From positions 1 through 64,000 of the forward strand of contig CAVXXK010000014.1 of the NCBI GenBank assembly GCA_963765675.1: a stretch of 64,000 nt of DNA, given 5' to 3'. Below the pieces are notes generated by a model. The model was not told the DNA's origin and made no database searches. It worked only from the letters and a program-made list of their open reading frames with translations. This DNA is from an uncultured delta proteobacterium. GTDB lineage: Bacteria; Desulfobacterota; Binatia; Binatales; Binataceae. Below, in pieces: positions 29,977 to 41,068 of this stretch. The stretch's first letter is position 1; every line of letters begins with the position of its first letter. Both the position numbers and the translations under genes were made by a program.

Positions 29977-31140
29977 TCAGCCTAACAGGCGTTTGGTTGC
30001 GAGCGCGGCGCCGGTACTTAGCGCGCGGAGCTTTTGCCAGACCACTTCCTCCGCTACTTCGCCGAGGCCGGCGGAGGTCGCGAAGCCGCAGTCGGTGCCG
30101 GCGAGTATGCGGTGCGGATCGCCGACCGCTTTGGCCGCGAGCTCGATTCGATGCGCGACCACCTCTGGATGCTCGACGTAGTTGGTGGTGGTGTCGATCG
30201 CACCGACGATCAGCGCGGTTCCCGACGGGAGCGGGTGACGCTCGAACGCGCGGAACTCGTGCGCGTGGCGCGGATTCGCCATCGAGATCATCAACGCGCC
30301 GACCTTAGCGCGGTAGATGTTGGCGATGATCTCGTCGAGCGGCACGTCGTCGTCGTGCGGACCTTCGTAATTTCCCCAGCACACATGCATCCGGATTTGC
30401 TCGCGCGGGAGCCCGGCGATCGAACGATTGATCGCGGCGACCACCAGGTCGATGAAGCCGAGGAAGTCGGCGAGCGGCTTGCCCGCGAACATCGTATGCC
30501 GCTCCATCGCGAGGTCTGGACAATCGAGCTGGAGCACGAAGCCCGCGTTGACGATCGCCTCGTACTCGGTCTTGAGTGCGTCGGCGAGCGCGTCCACGTA
30601 GTCCGCCATCGAGTCGTAGTGTTCGTTCAGCATCGCGGCGGCGACGATGCCGGGCGAGGGCGCGTTCATGAACGCTTCGGTGAAATGCTTTTGGTTCTCC
30701 GCGAGCGCGCGCTTGAAATCTTCGCATTCTTTTTTGATCGCCTGGGGCGCGGTGTAGCGCACGGCGCTGGTCGCTTTGGGTGCATGCGTCAGATCGACTT
30801 TGATCCGCGCGAAGTCGGGAGCCTTGAGTGCGATGAAGCCCGGGTAATGAACGAGGTCGCTCATGATCGGCCGCTCGCTACGTCCGGAGAAGCCTGACAT
30901 CCGATGCTGGATGTAGGTGAAGAAGCTCTCGCGCCCCTGCTCGCCGTTGTTGCCGACGTCGATACCCGCCTCGAGCTGCATTGCGACGACGTGGCGGGTC
31001 GATTCCGCGATCATCTGATCGAGCGCGCGCTCATCGATCGATTGATGGCGGCTCTTCTTGCCGAGCATTTCCGACAGCGCACTTGAACGCGGCAGGCTGC
31101 CGGCGTGCGTGGTCAGGATTTTCTTTTCGGAGAGTTTCAT
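29977..31140 (-). CDS. Cobalamin-independent methionine synthase II family protein
   Basis: TTHAGSLPR, LQLDCPDL, HVCWGNYEGPH and GTDCGF motifs. Confidence 0.9.
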   Translation of the reverse strand: MKLSEKKILTTHAGSLPRSSALSEMLGKKSRHQSIDERALDQMIAESTRHVVAMQLEAGIDVGNNGEQGRESFFTYIQHRMSGFSGRSERPIMSDLVHYPGFIALKAPDFARIKVDLTHAPKATSAVRYTAPQAIKKECEDFKRALAENQKHFTEAFMNAPSPGIVAAAMLNEHYDSMADYVDALADALKTEYEAIVNAGFVLQLDCPDLAMERHTMFAGKPLADFLGFIDLVVAAINRSIAGLPREQIRMHVCWGNYEGPHDDDVPLDEIIANIYRAKVGALMISMANPRHAHEFRAFERHPLPSGTALIVGAIDTTTNYVEHPEVVAHRIELAAKAVGDPHRILAGTDCGFATSAGLGEVAEEVVWQKLRALSTGAALATKRLLG

Positions 31141-31160
31141 CTTGATCGTTTCTCCTCTGC

Positions 31161-32456
31161 TCAGCGGCGGAAGAGTGCGGATTCGCCGATTTCCAGCCCG
31201 AGCGCGAAGCGGCGCAGCCAATCGAGCGCGACCTGCGACGTCAGCAGCTTGATCCAATCGCGCGTCCCGCGCATCTGGTAGCGGCGCGAAGCTTTCACGC
31301 CTTCGGAATCGAGCGCGATACAGACGGTGCCGACGGGCTTGTCGGCAGTGCCGCCGTCGGGTCCTGCGATTCCCGAGGTTGCGATCGCGACGCTCGCGCC
31401 GATTCGCTTGCGCGCTCCCGCAGCCATCTCGCGCACGCACTCCTCGCTCACGGCGCCGAATTTCTCGAGCGTCGCGCCGCGCACGCCGAGCAGATCCTGC
31501 TTCGCCTCGTTCGAGTAAGTCACCAGGTCGGCGAGCAGGTAGTTCGAGCTGCCGGCGATATTGGTCAGGCGATGGCCGATCAGCCCGCCGGTGCATGACT
31601 CGGCGATCGCGAGCTTGAGTTTTTTTTCGGTGAGCAGGCGACCGACCACTTCTTCCATCGAGGCGTCGCCCTCGGCGAACAGGAACTGCGAAATTTTGCC
31701 GCGCACGCGCTCAGCCAGTTCTTCGAGCTTGCGCTCGGCCTCGGCGGGTTTGCCTTCGACGGTGAGGCGCAGCGAGATTTGCGGAAAGCTCGCGCGCAGG
31801 CCGACTTTCGCTTCGCCCGGCTTGATCAGGCCGGCGACAGCCTCGTCGAGCGCCGACTCGCTCATCCCGAAAGTCTGGAAGATGCGCACTGCGAAGACCG
31901 AATCGGTGCCGCGATTTTTCTGAAGCCACGGCACCACCCAATTTTCCATCATCGGCTTCATCTCGCGCGGCACGCCCGGCAGCACGATTAGTTGGGAGGT
32001 GTGTCCATCGACCTTCATCGGCATCCGGAAGCCCGGCGCGGTGCCGAGCGGATTCGGAATGACTTCCGCACCCTCGGGAAAATCAGCCTGCTTGAGATTG
32101 TTTGGCGGCATCACGCGGTTGATGGTCGCGAACAACCGCGTCATGTGATCGACCGAGGCCTGATCGCGAAGGAGCTTGACGCCGGCGATGCGCGCGACGG
32201 TTTCGGTGGTGAGGTCGTCGACGGTCGGGCCGATTCCGCCGGTCGAGATGACGACGTCGGCCATCGCGATTGCGGTGCGCCAGGCCCATTCGAGGCGTTC
32301 GGGAACATCGCCGACGGTGAGCACGGCGACCAGATCGATTCCGACCTCGGCGAGTTTGTCGGAGAGGTAGTTGGCGTTGGTATCGACCACTTTGCCGCTG
32401 GTGATTTCGTCGCCGGTGGAAAGAACGACAGCCGTTTTGATCATCGAAGACACCAT
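31161..32456 (-). CDS. cinA: Competence/damage-inducible protein CinA (MoCF-like + NMN deamidase)
   Basis: GDEITSG..DTNA, GGIGPTVDDLT, AESCTGG and SGIAGPDGG motifs. Confidence 0.95.
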   Translation of the reverse strand: MVSSMIKTAVVLSTGDEITSGKVVDTNANYLSDKLAEVGIDLVAVLTVGDVPERLEWAWRTAIAMADVVISTGGIGPTVDDLTTETVARIAGVKLLRDQASVDHMTRLFATINRVMPPNNLKQADFPEGAEVIPNPLGTAPGFRMPMKVDGHTSQLIVLPGVPREMKPMMENWVVPWLQKNRGTDSVFAVRIFQTFGMSESALDEAVAGLIKPGEAKVGLRASFPQISLRLTVEGKPAEAERKLEELAERVRGKISQFLFAEGDASMEEVVGRLLTEKKLKLAIAESCTGGLIGHRLTNIAGSSNYLLADLVTYSNEAKQDLLGVRGATLEKFGAVSEECVREMAAGARKRIGASVAIATSGIAGPDGGTADKPVGTVCIALDSEGVKASRRYQMRGTRDWIKLLTSQVALDWLRRFALGLEIGESALFRR

Positions 32457-32507
32457 GCAGTGTTTGTTGTGGATTGGGTGCGCATCTCGCTTGGCATGAA
32501 GAGGGTT

Positions 32508-34934
32508 TTAGCCAACTTCAACTCTCGTGGGAACGATTTCGAGCAGCGTCAGATTGCGGCGCTCGCCTGTGATGCGGAAGTCAGCGCGGAAGCGTATATC
32601 GCTCGACGATGCGCCGATCATAATTTCCATTTCGCCGGGCTCGACCGCGAAGTGGCCGTCGCGTCCGTGAAACGCGGCCTGGCTGAGATCGAGAATGAAG
32701 CTGACCGTGCGCGTCTCGCCTACACGAATCGGTACTCGCGCGAAGCCTTTTAGCTCGAGCACCGGACGCGTGACGCTGCCGGCTTTGTCGCGCAGGTAGA
32801 GCTGCACGACTTCGTCGCCGTCGCGCGGGCCGTCGTTGGTTACGTCGATAGAGACGCGCAACGTGCCGGTCGCTGCGACCTCAGCCGCGTCGATCGCGCC
32901 GTTCGAATAAGTGAAGCGCGAGTAGCTGAGGCCGAAGCCGAACGGAAACAGCGGCGTGCAACTCAGGTCGGCGTAGTCGCCCCAGAACTGGCTGCGCTGG
33001 CCCGAGGGTTTGTGCGCGTAGTAGAGCGGCATCTGGCCCTGATCGCGCGGGAGCGAAACGGGCAGGCGTCCGGCGGGATTTACGCGGCCAGTGATGACCT
33101 CGGCGATCGCGGTGCCGCCTTCCTCTCCGGGAGGAAAGGCGAGAAGCACGGCGTCAACTTTTTCGATCGCGCGCGTCAGCGCGAGCGGGCGGCCGTCGAT
33201 CACGACGAGGACGATCGGTTTGCCGGCCCTGGCGACTTCCGCGACGAGTTGCTCCTGCACGCCGGGGAGGCACAGCGTCGCGCGGTCGGTCGCCTCTCCG
33301 CTGGAGCATCCTTTGACGAGGCCCGACTTTCCGCCGACGCACAGGACGACGAGATCGGCCCATCGTGCGCATTCGAGCGCGGCGGCGAAGCCGCCGGCGT
33401 CGTCGTCGAAAGCGTTGCAGCCGTGCGCGCAGCGGATTTCGACGCCCTCGTCGAGTTTCAACCGCAATCCGTCGAGTACCGTAACTGTCGGCGTGAAGTG
33501 CGCGGCCAGATCGACGTTGGTGCGCGCCGCTGCGGAGAGAGTTTCCGCTAGCGCTCCCGCTTCCATCGCCGGAGCGGCGGTGCCCTGCAGCTTTTGGGTT
33601 GCGCTCTCAGCGCTTGTCTGATCGCGCTCGGGAATCGAGCCGTAGATCATCTCGTGATGAGACGGGTAGTGATAATCGCCCTGCATCAGGCGGCGGGAAT
33701 CGGCGGTCGGGCCGATGACCGCGACGCGGCGCACGCCGGTGCGAATCGGCAGACAGGCGTTTTCGTTTTTGAGCATCACGATTGATGCGCGTGTGATTTC
33801 GAGCGCAAGCGCGCGATCGTCTGGAGTATCGAAAGCGGCTGCGGCCGAAGCGGAATCGACGTGGGGATTCTCGAACAGGCCGAGCTCGAATTTCGCGCGC
33901 AGGACGCGGCCGACCGCGCGATCGACGAGATCAATCGAAACGTCGCCCGCATCGATCGCATCTCGAAGCGGCGCGTCGAACACGTCGCGCTCGGGCAGTT
34001 CGACGTCGATACCGGCTTCGAGGCCGAGCTTCGCCGCCTCGCGCGGACCGGCCGCGATGTTGTGATAGTTGTGCAGAGACGGCAGCGTGAAATAGTCCGA
34101 CACGACGATACCGGTGAAGCCGAGCTCGCCGCGCAGAACGTCGGTCAGGAGATAGCGCGAGGCGCCGCACGGAACGCCGTCGAGCTCCTGGTACGCGTTC
34201 ATGATCGAGCGAAGATTCGCCTCGGCGATCATCGCGGCGAACGGTGGAAGGAAAACGTCGCGCAGCTCGCGGTCTGGAATATGCGCGGGCGCCCAGTTGA
34301 GACCGCCCTCGGAAAAGCTGTAGCCCGCGAAATGCTTGCCGGTGCATACGACGCCCGATTTCAGACCGCCGCCCTGGACGCCGCGCACGTACGCGACCGC
34401 CATCCGCGAGACGAGATAGACGTCCTCGCCGAAGGTCTCCTCGCAGCGGCCCCATCGCGCGTCGCGCGCGACGTCGGCTACAGGAGCCAGAGTGTGGCGC
34501 GCTCCGACCGCGAGCATCTGGCGGCGGATCACGGCGCCCATGTTTTCGACCAGCTCGGGCGCGAAGGTGGCGGCGAGGCCGAGCGGCATCGGAAAGCAGG
34601 TCGCGTCCTGCGCGAGAAAGCCGGCGCAACTTTCCTCGTGGAAGATCGCGGGAATCGCGAGGCGCGTTTCCTCGACGAGGACGCGCTGGATCGCGTTCAT
34701 CGTGCGCGCGGATTCCTCCGGCGCCATCAGCGCGCTGTGGCGCGAGATCTGTCCGATGCCGTGCGTAAGCATTTCGCGCGCGCGACCGGCGTCGAGGCCG
34801 CCGTTGCGGATCATCCGCCGGCTCCAGAGCGCGCCGAGCTGCGCGATTTTCTCGTCGAGCGACATGCGTGCGAGCAAGTCCTCGACGCGCTGGTCGATTG
34901 GCAGAGCGGAGTTTTTGTAGTCGATGGTGCTCAC
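32508..34934 (-). CDS. Glycoside hydrolase family 3 (beta-glucosidase/xylosidase)
   Basis: RWGRCEETFGED, KHF, GIVVSDY, PFGFGLSY and Fn3-like EVVQLY motifs. Confidence 0.95.
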   Translation of the reverse strand: MSTIDYKNSALPIDQRVEDLLARMSLDEKIAQLGALWSRRMIRNGGLDAGRAREMLTHGIGQISRHSALMAPEESARTMNAIQRVLVEETRLAIPAIFHEESCAGFLAQDATCFPMPLGLAATFAPELVENMGAVIRRQMLAVGARHTLAPVADVARDARWGRCEETFGEDVYLVSRMAVAYVRGVQGGGLKSGVVCTGKHFAGYSFSEGGLNWAPAHIPDRELRDVFLPPFAAMIAEANLRSIMNAYQELDGVPCGASRYLLTDVLRGELGFTGIVVSDYFTLPSLHNYHNIAAGPREAAKLGLEAGIDVELPERDVFDAPLRDAIDAGDVSIDLVDRAVGRVLRAKFELGLFENPHVDSASAAAAFDTPDDRALALEITRASIVMLKNENACLPIRTGVRRVAVIGPTADSRRLMQGDYHYPSHHEMIYGSIPERDQTSAESATQKLQGTAAPAMEAGALAETLSAAARTNVDLAAHFTPTVTVLDGLRLKLDEGVEIRCAHGCNAFDDDAGGFAAALECARWADLVVLCVGGKSGLVKGCSSGEATDRATLCLPGVQEQLVAEVARAGKPIVLVVIDGRPLALTRAIEKVDAVLLAFPPGEEGGTAIAEVITGRVNPAGRLPVSLPRDQGQMPLYYAHKPSGQRSQFWGDYADLSCTPLFPFGFGLSYSRFTYSNGAIDAAEVAATGTLRVSIDVTNDGPRDGDEVVQLYLRDKAGSVTRPVLELKGFARVPIRVGETRTVSFILDLSQAAFHGRDGHFAVEPGEMEIMIGASSSDIRFRADFRITGERRNLTLLEIVPTRVEVG

Positions 34935-34939
34935 GCTAA

Positions 34940-35404
34940 TCAGAGCACGCGCCACAGGATTTGCAGAACGATATTCGCGTAGATGCCGGCAGCCAGATCG
35001 TCGAGCATCACGCCGCTGCCGCCGCCGAGTTTTCGATCGATGAGGCCTGCGGGGAACGGCTTCACGATGTCGAAGAGCCGGAAGATCACGAAACCGGCAA
35101 GCATCCATACCGGAGTCAGCGGATTGGCGAACATCGTCGCGACCATGCCGAGCACTTCGTCCAGCACGATCTTCGAGCTGTCGTGCTCGTCGAAAATAAT
35201 TTCGGCGCGGCCCGCGATCCAGCACGAGATCACGAACGCGATCGCGAAGACGATCAGGGCGATCGCGGGCGAGTAGGCCCACAACGGTCCGAAGCCAAAC
35301 CACATCACGACCAGGCCGACGACCGAGCCGGCGGTGCCGGGCGCGACGGGAGAGTAGCCGCTGTAGGCGCCGGTCGCGAAGAAGATTATGAGCGCGCGTG
35401 TCAT
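34940..35404 (-). CDS. pgpA: Phosphatidylglycerophosphatase A
   Basis: APGTAGS, IVLDEV, FRLFDIVKP and MLDDLAAG motifs. Confidence 0.95.
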   Translation of the reverse strand: MTRALIIFFATGAYSGYSPVAPGTAGSVVGLVVMWFGFGPLWAYSPAIALIVFAIAFVISCWIAGRAEIIFDEHDSSKIVLDEVLGMVATMFANPLTPVWMLAGFVIFRLFDIVKPFPAGLIDRKLGGGSGVMLDDLAAGIYANIVLQILWRVL

Positions 35405-35584
35405 CTGGATGTGTCTGTTATGTATCTGCCGGATGGATCGGACGATGATTGAATCGACGCGCGACGATAGCACGGGTTTCGGGCGCGCAGAAGGACGAGG
35501 CTGCGCGCGCGGCGCGGCGATAAACACAATCAAACACCGGTTTGACGGTGGGTTCGTTCAGGCGATTTTAGATCGACTGCTTCA

Positions 35585-36348
35585 TCAGATGCCTTTGCTT
35601 TGCTCGATAATCCGGTCGAAAGAGAGAGTTCGTTTCATGCCGCGAGGTTGCTGGATTTCGGCGGGCTGCGCCTGCAGGCACTTGAGCATCGTGACCGAGC
35701 GGAACAGATCGCGCATCAGCACTCTCTGGAACTCGCAGATGATCCGCACGTCGTCGGAATCGCCGAGCGACATCTCGTTGAGGCCGGTTTCGGCGAGAAT
35801 CCGATCGCACGCGTCTTCGTACGTTTCGCCGCGTGGCTTTTTCTGATCCGGCATTCCCGGGGTGATTGAAGCAGAGGTGAGCAAGTGGCGGCCGATCATC
35901 TCGAAGCTTGTTGGCGGGCTCTTCCATTCGTTGGAGTTCAGGAAGGCGACGCGATTTTCGTAGCGCAGGAGACGGCGCATCCGCCATGTGCAGACGGCGA
36001 TCTTCTCGACCAGCAGGAGCTCGAACGCGCCGCGCGGAGCGAGGTCGTTGGTGAGAGCGTGGAGCAGGGCGCGGAACTCGGCGGCGGCGTCTTTGCCCTC
36101 GAGCTCGGGGATAACGAGGTCTTTGGCGAGCATCCCGTGCTTGAGCGCGTTGAGCGAGGCGCGGCGCTTGCCGCGCGGCGTGCGCGGTCCGGTGGAGCGG
36201 GAGGCATTGCGGCGATTGGCGGCGAGCTTGCTCGGCGAGACGTAGACGTCTTCCGCAGATTCTGCGGCGGCTTCTTGGGCAGGTTCCTGGGCGGGAGTGG
36301 GCGGTTGATCGGCCGGCGAGGCAGGGCTCGATGGGGTTGATTCAACCA
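35585..36348 (-). CDS. Hypothetical protein with ANRRNA..STGPRT..NALKHG motif
   Basis: Motif typical of a widespread uncharacterised family; start uncertain. Confidence 0.65.
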
Positions 36349-36465
36349 TGAGGACTATTCTGAACCTTCCGCGGATTTTGACAAGGCTGAACAGTTCAGC
36401 CATGAACAAATCTGGCAAAAGATCTAACGCTCGTTAGGTCGCGTTGAGCAGGGTCCGCGATTGAG

Positions 36466-36551
36466 CAAGGCCGCCCTCACCCGCGCGTCACGGCGATTGC
36501 TGAAAGGAGCAATCGCCGCGCCGCTTGCCCTCTCCCGGAGGGAGAGGGTAT
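36466..36551 (+). repeat. CCCTCACCC/CCCTCTCCC element (partial copy)
   Basis: Near-identical to 5891-5977. Confidence 0.8.
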
Positions 36552-36601
36552 CCGGAGGAGGCTCGCTGCGTGGCTAATGGTGCGACAGAGATTCCCCCGT
36601 G

Positions 36602-37420
36602 CTACTCGGTGAGCGGGATTGGCATTTCTTCGGGGGATACTTCAACCGCGGTTACGCCTTCTACGCCGCGGGCTACTTCTATGAGCATCGCGTCCCATGG
36701 AGCTACCAGGCCGGGGCCGATCAGGTTGACCGCGCCGCCGGTGCATCGGACGGTGATTTGCGCGTCGCGTACCTTCGGATGGGTCAGGAGCGCGGCGTGG
36801 ACTTGCGCTGCGAGCGCTGAATCTCGCAGGGAGTCGCGGGCGGCGGGCGCGGCGGTGGCGTCCAGGGTCCGCGCGCTGTCGGCGATGAACGCGGCGATCG
36901 AGTCGAGCGGATGCGCCGAGGTGTTGACGATCAGATCGTAGAGCGAGCAGTCCTCGATATCGACGGAGGACAGGGTGGAGCTGCGCTCGCGCATCTCGCG
37001 GTCGTACTCGCGGACGTGCTTTTCGGCGGCGTGCGGATCCATCTTTTCGTCGGCGACGGTCTGCTTCACGCGGGCGGCGAATGGCGCGGTTGCGCGAACC
37101 CGCAGGGCGCATCCGGAGGCGGGAGTCTGATGCGCCAGCGTGCGGCCGGCCACGACGACCTGGTCGGCCGCCAGCTCCCGCAGCATCACGGCGCGCACGA
37201 AGGCGAGGTAGCGATGACTGTCCTGTTTGCCGCGCTGCCAGAAATGAGGCGTGCGCAAATCGAACACCAGCATCTGATCGGCGCTGACGCCGTAACGCTG
37301 CGCGGCTTCGGCGACGATCTCGTCTCCGGAAAGAAAGCGATAGTCGAGCCGCCGTGCGACGATCCGTCCGAGTTCGATTCCCCTGCTGCCAATCTGCTGG
37401 CTCAGCGCAATTACCGCCAT
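36602..37420 (-). CDS. Cytidylate-kinase-like protein with C-terminal BON-like domain
   Basis: IALSQQIGSRG, VVVAGR, YDLIVNT; C-terminal LAAQVHAALL..ITVRCTGGAVNL. Confidence 0.75.
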   Translation of the reverse strand: MAVIALSQQIGSRGIELGRIVARRLDYRFLSGDEIVAEAAQRYGVSADQMLVFDLRTPHFWQRGKQDSHRYLAFVRAVMLRELAADQVVVAGRTLAHQTPASGCALRVRATAPFAARVKQTVADEKMDPHAAEKHVREYDREMRERSSTLSSVDIEDCSLYDLIVNTSAHPLDSIAAFIADSARTLDATAAPAARDSLRDSALAAQVHAALLTHPKVRDAQITVRCTGGAVNLIGPGLVAPWDAMLIEVARGVEGVTAVEVSPEEMPIPLTE

Positions 37421-37676
37421 CGTCGGCTCCCCAAGCGCGCGAGATTTCCCCGCTCGAATCTTAGAAGCCTGCGCGGCGAACGGCAAACGGCGGCTGTCCG
37501 GAAGACGGGCGGGCGGCTCGCGAGGCTCGGAATGACGAATGCAGGTCGGCCGAACCGCCGCGATGGAATCGGCGGGCGGCGACGGCTAGGATTTGGCTGC
37601 TTGAGAATCGTGATCGGTGCGGGCGCACACGAATCGCGCTCGCCGACGCCGAAATTCCAAGAGGACGGAAAGCCTG

Positions 37677-38801
37677 ATGCCGAAAAAGATCGCACGGCCG
37701 CGTCTGGCGGGCGCTGAAATCAGTCCCAACGCTGTGCGCGGCGATATGACCGCGGCGGAACTGATCGATACCTCGTTCCTCGCATACAACGGCCGCAAGC
37801 TGCGCGAGGCGTGCCGCCTGTTCGCCGAAAAGATGCTCGAAGATGACGTGTTCGTCGGGATGAGCGTGACCGGAGCGCTGACGCCGGCGGGACTTGGGAT
37901 GTCGTGCCTGATTCCGCTAATCGAAAATGGATTTGTCGATTGGATGGTCTCGACCGGGGCGAATCTTTATCACGACACGCATTTCGGAATCGGGCTCAAG
38001 ATGTACCAGGGCTCGGCCGAGACCGACGATGTCGCGCTGCGCAGCGCGGGGGTGGTCCGGATCTACGATATCTTCTTCGACTACCGCGTGCTGCTCTCGA
38101 CCGACGCGTTTTTCCGGCAGATCGCGCGGCTCGACGAATTTCAACATCCGATGAGCACGGCGGAATTTCACTTTCGCGCTGGACGCTACGTCGCCGAGCG
38201 CGAGCGAGTTTTGAAACTCAAGCGCAAGTCGTTGCTCGCGGCGGCGTATCAATATGCGATGCCGATCTACACCTCGTCGCCGGGCGACTCTTCGATCGGG
38301 ATGAACCTCGCGCTGCTCGAGCTCGAAGGCTACGGGCTGCGGCTCGATCCGCTGGTCGATGTGAACGAGACGGCGTCGATCGTGTACGCGGCCAAGCAGA
38401 TGGGCTGCAAGAGCGCGGTGTTTATTTTAGGCGGGGGCTCGCCAAAGAATTTCGTCCTGCAGACCGAGCCGCAGATCCAGGAAGTGATGGGCGTCGCGGA
38501 AGACGGGCACGACTATTTTCTGCAAGTCACCGACGCGAGGCCCGACACCGGCGGCCTTTCGGGCGCGACGCCGTCGGAGGCGGTGAGCTGGGGCAAGATC
38601 GATCCAAAGAAGCTGCCCGACACGGTGGTGTGCTACGTCGATTCGACGGTCGCGCTTCCGTTGATCACCGCGTATGCGCTGGCGCGGCGCAAGGCGCGCA
38701 AGCCGCGGCGGCTCTACGAGCGGCGCGCGGAGCTGATGGAGACGCTGACCAAAGCGTACGGCAAGGTTCGCAAGAGGCGGCTGGCGCGCGGCGAGTCGTG
38801 A
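37677..38801 (+). CDS. Deoxyhypusine synthase-like protein (SpeY-type, probable homospermidine synthesis)
   Basis: [16 protein letters not shown] and [16 protein letters not shown] motifs. Confidence 0.9.
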   Translation: MPKKIARPRLAGAEISPNAVRGDMTAAELIDTSFLAYNGRKLREACRLFAEKMLEDDVFVGMSVTGALTPAGLGMSCLIPLIENGFVDWMVSTGANLYHDTHFGIGLKMYQGSAETDDVALRSAGVVRIYDIFFDYRVLLSTDAFFRQIARLDEFQHPMSTAEFHFRAGRYVAERERVLKLKRKSLLAAAYQYAMPIYTSSPGDSSIGMNLALLELEGYGLRLDPLVDVNETASIVYAAKQMGCKSAVFILGGGSPKNFVLQTEPQIQEVMGVAEDGHDYFLQVTDARPDTGGLSGATPSEAVSWGKIDPKKLPDTVVCYVDSTVALPLITAYALARRKARKPRRLYERRAELMETLTKAYGKVRKRRLARGES

Positions 38802-39694
38802 CCAGGATGCCGATGAACAAAAGGAAGACGATCGCGCGCGCCGCGAGGAAAGCGGCGTCGGTGAAAAAAATCGCGCGCGGCGGAAGCGATGATCTCTCGC
38901 GCGAGCTCAATCTGGCGAAGAAAGCGGCGCGCGTGGCTGGAGAAATTTTGCGCGGGCATTGGCGTCGCGGCGGCTACACGATCGGATCCAAGGGCAAAGA
39001 CAATCCGGTCACGCAGGCTGACCTCGAGGCCGACCACGCGATCAAGCGGATGCTGCACGAGCCGTTTCCGGAGTATGGGTGGCTCTCGGAAGAGACCGCG
39101 GACAGCGCGCATCGGCTCGGGCGGCGGCGGGTGTGGATAGTCGATCCGCTCGACGGGACCAAGGAGTTTATCAACGGAGTTCCCGAGTTTTGTGTCGCGA
39201 TCGCGCTGATCGAAGACGGCGAGCCTATCCTGGGCGTGACCTACAATCCGATTCGGCGCGAGCTGTTCTGGGGCGCGCGCGGTTTGGGCTGTCATCTGAA
39301 TACGAAGCCGGTACGCGTCAGCCGCACGCGATTACTGCATCGCGCGAGAGTGCTCGCGAGCCGCAGCGAAGCGGCGCGCGGCGAATGGCAGGTGTTCCAC
39401 GGAAAGCTGATAGTCAGTCCGACGGGCAGCGTGGCCTACAAACTCGCGCTGGTGGCGGCGGGGAAGGGCGACGCGACGTTCACGCGCTCGCCCAAAAGCG
39501 AGTGGGATATCGCGTCGGGCGCGGCGCTGATCGCGCTGGCGGGCGGAACGATTACAGATATTCGCGGGCGCAAGCTCAGCTTCAACAATCGCAAGGTGAA
39601 GCTCGAAGGACTGATCGCGGACAACACCGTTTTGCACAAACAACTGATCGCGGTGGCGCCGCATCCTCCGATCAAATTGTCGCCGATTGCTTGA
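38798..39694 (+). CDS. cysQ: 3'(2'),5'-bisphosphate nucleotidase CysQ/inositol monophosphatase family
   Basis: [24 protein letters not shown] and EWDIA motifs. Confidence 0.8.
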   Translation: MTRMPMNKRKTIARAARKAASVKKIARGGSDDLSRELNLAKKAARVAGEILRGHWRRGGYTIGSKGKDNPVTQADLEADHAIKRMLHEPFPEYGWLSEETADSAHRLGRRRVWIVDPLDGTKEFINGVPEFCVAIALIEDGEPILGVTYNPIRRELFWGARGLGCHLNTKPVRVSRTRLLHRARVLASRSEAARGEWQVFHGKLIVSPTGSVAYKLALVAAGKGDATFTRSPKSEWDIASGAALIALAGGTITDIRGRKLSFNNRKVKLEGLIADNTVLHKQLIAVAPHPPIKLSPIA

Positions 39695-39709
39695 TATCGC
39701 GGATCGGGC

Positions 39710-41068
39710 TCAGAAATTGTACATTCGCTTGGCTTCGGCGCGTAGTTCGGTGCGGAAGTCGGGATGCGCGATCGCGATCATCGCGTTTACGCGCTCGCGA
39801 ATGCTTTTGCCCTTGAGGGTCGCGATTCCATACTCAGTTACTACGTGATGGACGAAGCCGCGCGGGGCGGTCACGACGCTGGCCGGCTGGAGAGTAGGCA
39901 TGATGCGCGAGAGCCGGACGCCGTTCACGATCGAGCTCGAGGGCACGACGATCACCGTCTTCCCTCCGCCCAGGCATGCGCCGGTGACGAAGGCGGTCTG
40001 TCCGCCGGTGCCGGTGTACATCCGCGGGCCGATCGATTCGCTGTTGGCCTGCCCGGTCAGGTCCACCGCCATCGCGTTGTTAATCGCGATGAGTCCTTCT
40101 TCGCGCGCGATTAGGCGAATATCGTCGGTGAAATTGAAATCGTAGAGCTGGAAGCGCGGATTGCCGTTTATATAGTCGAGTTCTTCGCGCGGAGTGAGCG
40201 GAGCGAGTCCGCTTCCAACTACTAACTCAGGAAAAATCTTTTTGAACTTTCCGGTCAATACTCCGTCGCGCACGAGCTGCGCGGTATGCAACGGGATAAT
40301 CTCGGTCTGCATGCCAAGATCGTGATGATTAGCCAGATGGGGCATCAATGCTCCGGACATCGAACCGACGCCGACCTGGATCGAGGCGCGATCCGGGATC
40401 AACTCACTGGCGACGAGGTCGCATACCGTGTCGATTATCTTTTGCTCGTCGGGCGATGGAACCGGCAGCGAGAGCGCGGGAAGTTCAAAGGTGCGTTCGA
40501 CGAAATAGTCAATCTCGGAAATATGCAGTTGATTGTCGCCGCCGACCCGAATGAAGTTCTCGTCGATCTCGGCGATAACCATTTTTGCGTTGCGCGCCAG
40601 CAGCTTCGACATGATCTGGACATCGCCGAAGTTGACGAAGCCGTTCGCGTCGGGCGGCGCGACGGTCATTATATAAACATTGAAGTTGTCGAGGGAGGGC
40701 GGCAGATGACCTTCGCGGTAATACTGGACCGGTGTGAAATCGGCGAGGCCCTGCGCATAGAGCTCGCGGTCGTAGGGGCCGACATAGAATGACTGGAGCT
40801 TGAAGCGCTCGCCGAGGCCCGGCAGGTTCCAATCGTGCACCGCGGCGCCGTGATTGACTACCACGTTCTCGATCTCCATCAGGCGCGCCGAGACGGCGGC
40901 GCACATCATGAAGGGAGTCGCCTGCGCGATCGACATGCAGACCCGATCGCCGGATTTGATTTGCGCCGCCGCGTGCTCGGCGCTGACGAGCCGATCTCCG
41001 AGCATCGTGCGCCAGTCGGCGCGCGCTTTCATCTCTTTAAGCCTGTCAATCCTGGGTGCGGTAGCCAT
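39710..41068 (-). CDS. Acetyl-CoA hydrolase/4-hydroxybutyrate CoA-transferase family
   Basis: LGMQTE, INNAMAVDLTGQ, GTGGQ, VVTEYG and IAHPDFR motifs. Confidence 0.9.
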   Translation of the reverse strand: MATAPRIDRLKEMKARADWRTMLGDRLVSAEHAAAQIKSGDRVCMSIAQATPFMMCAAVSARLMEIENVVVNHGAAVHDWNLPGLGERFKLQSFYVGPYDRELYAQGLADFTPVQYYREGHLPPSLDNFNVYIMTVAPPDANGFVNFGDVQIMSKLLARNAKMVIAEIDENFIRVGGDNQLHISEIDYFVERTFELPALSLPVPSPDEQKIIDTVCDLVASELIPDRASIQVGVGSMSGALMPHLANHHDLGMQTEIIPLHTAQLVRDGVLTGKFKKIFPELVVGSGLAPLTPREELDYINGNPRFQLYDFNFTDDIRLIAREEGLIAINNAMAVDLTGQANSESIGPRMYTGTGGQTAFVTGACLGGGKTVIVVPSSSIVNGVRLSRIMPTLQPASVVTAPRGFVHHVVTEYGIATLKGKSIRERVNAMIAIAHPDFRTELRAEAKRMYNF

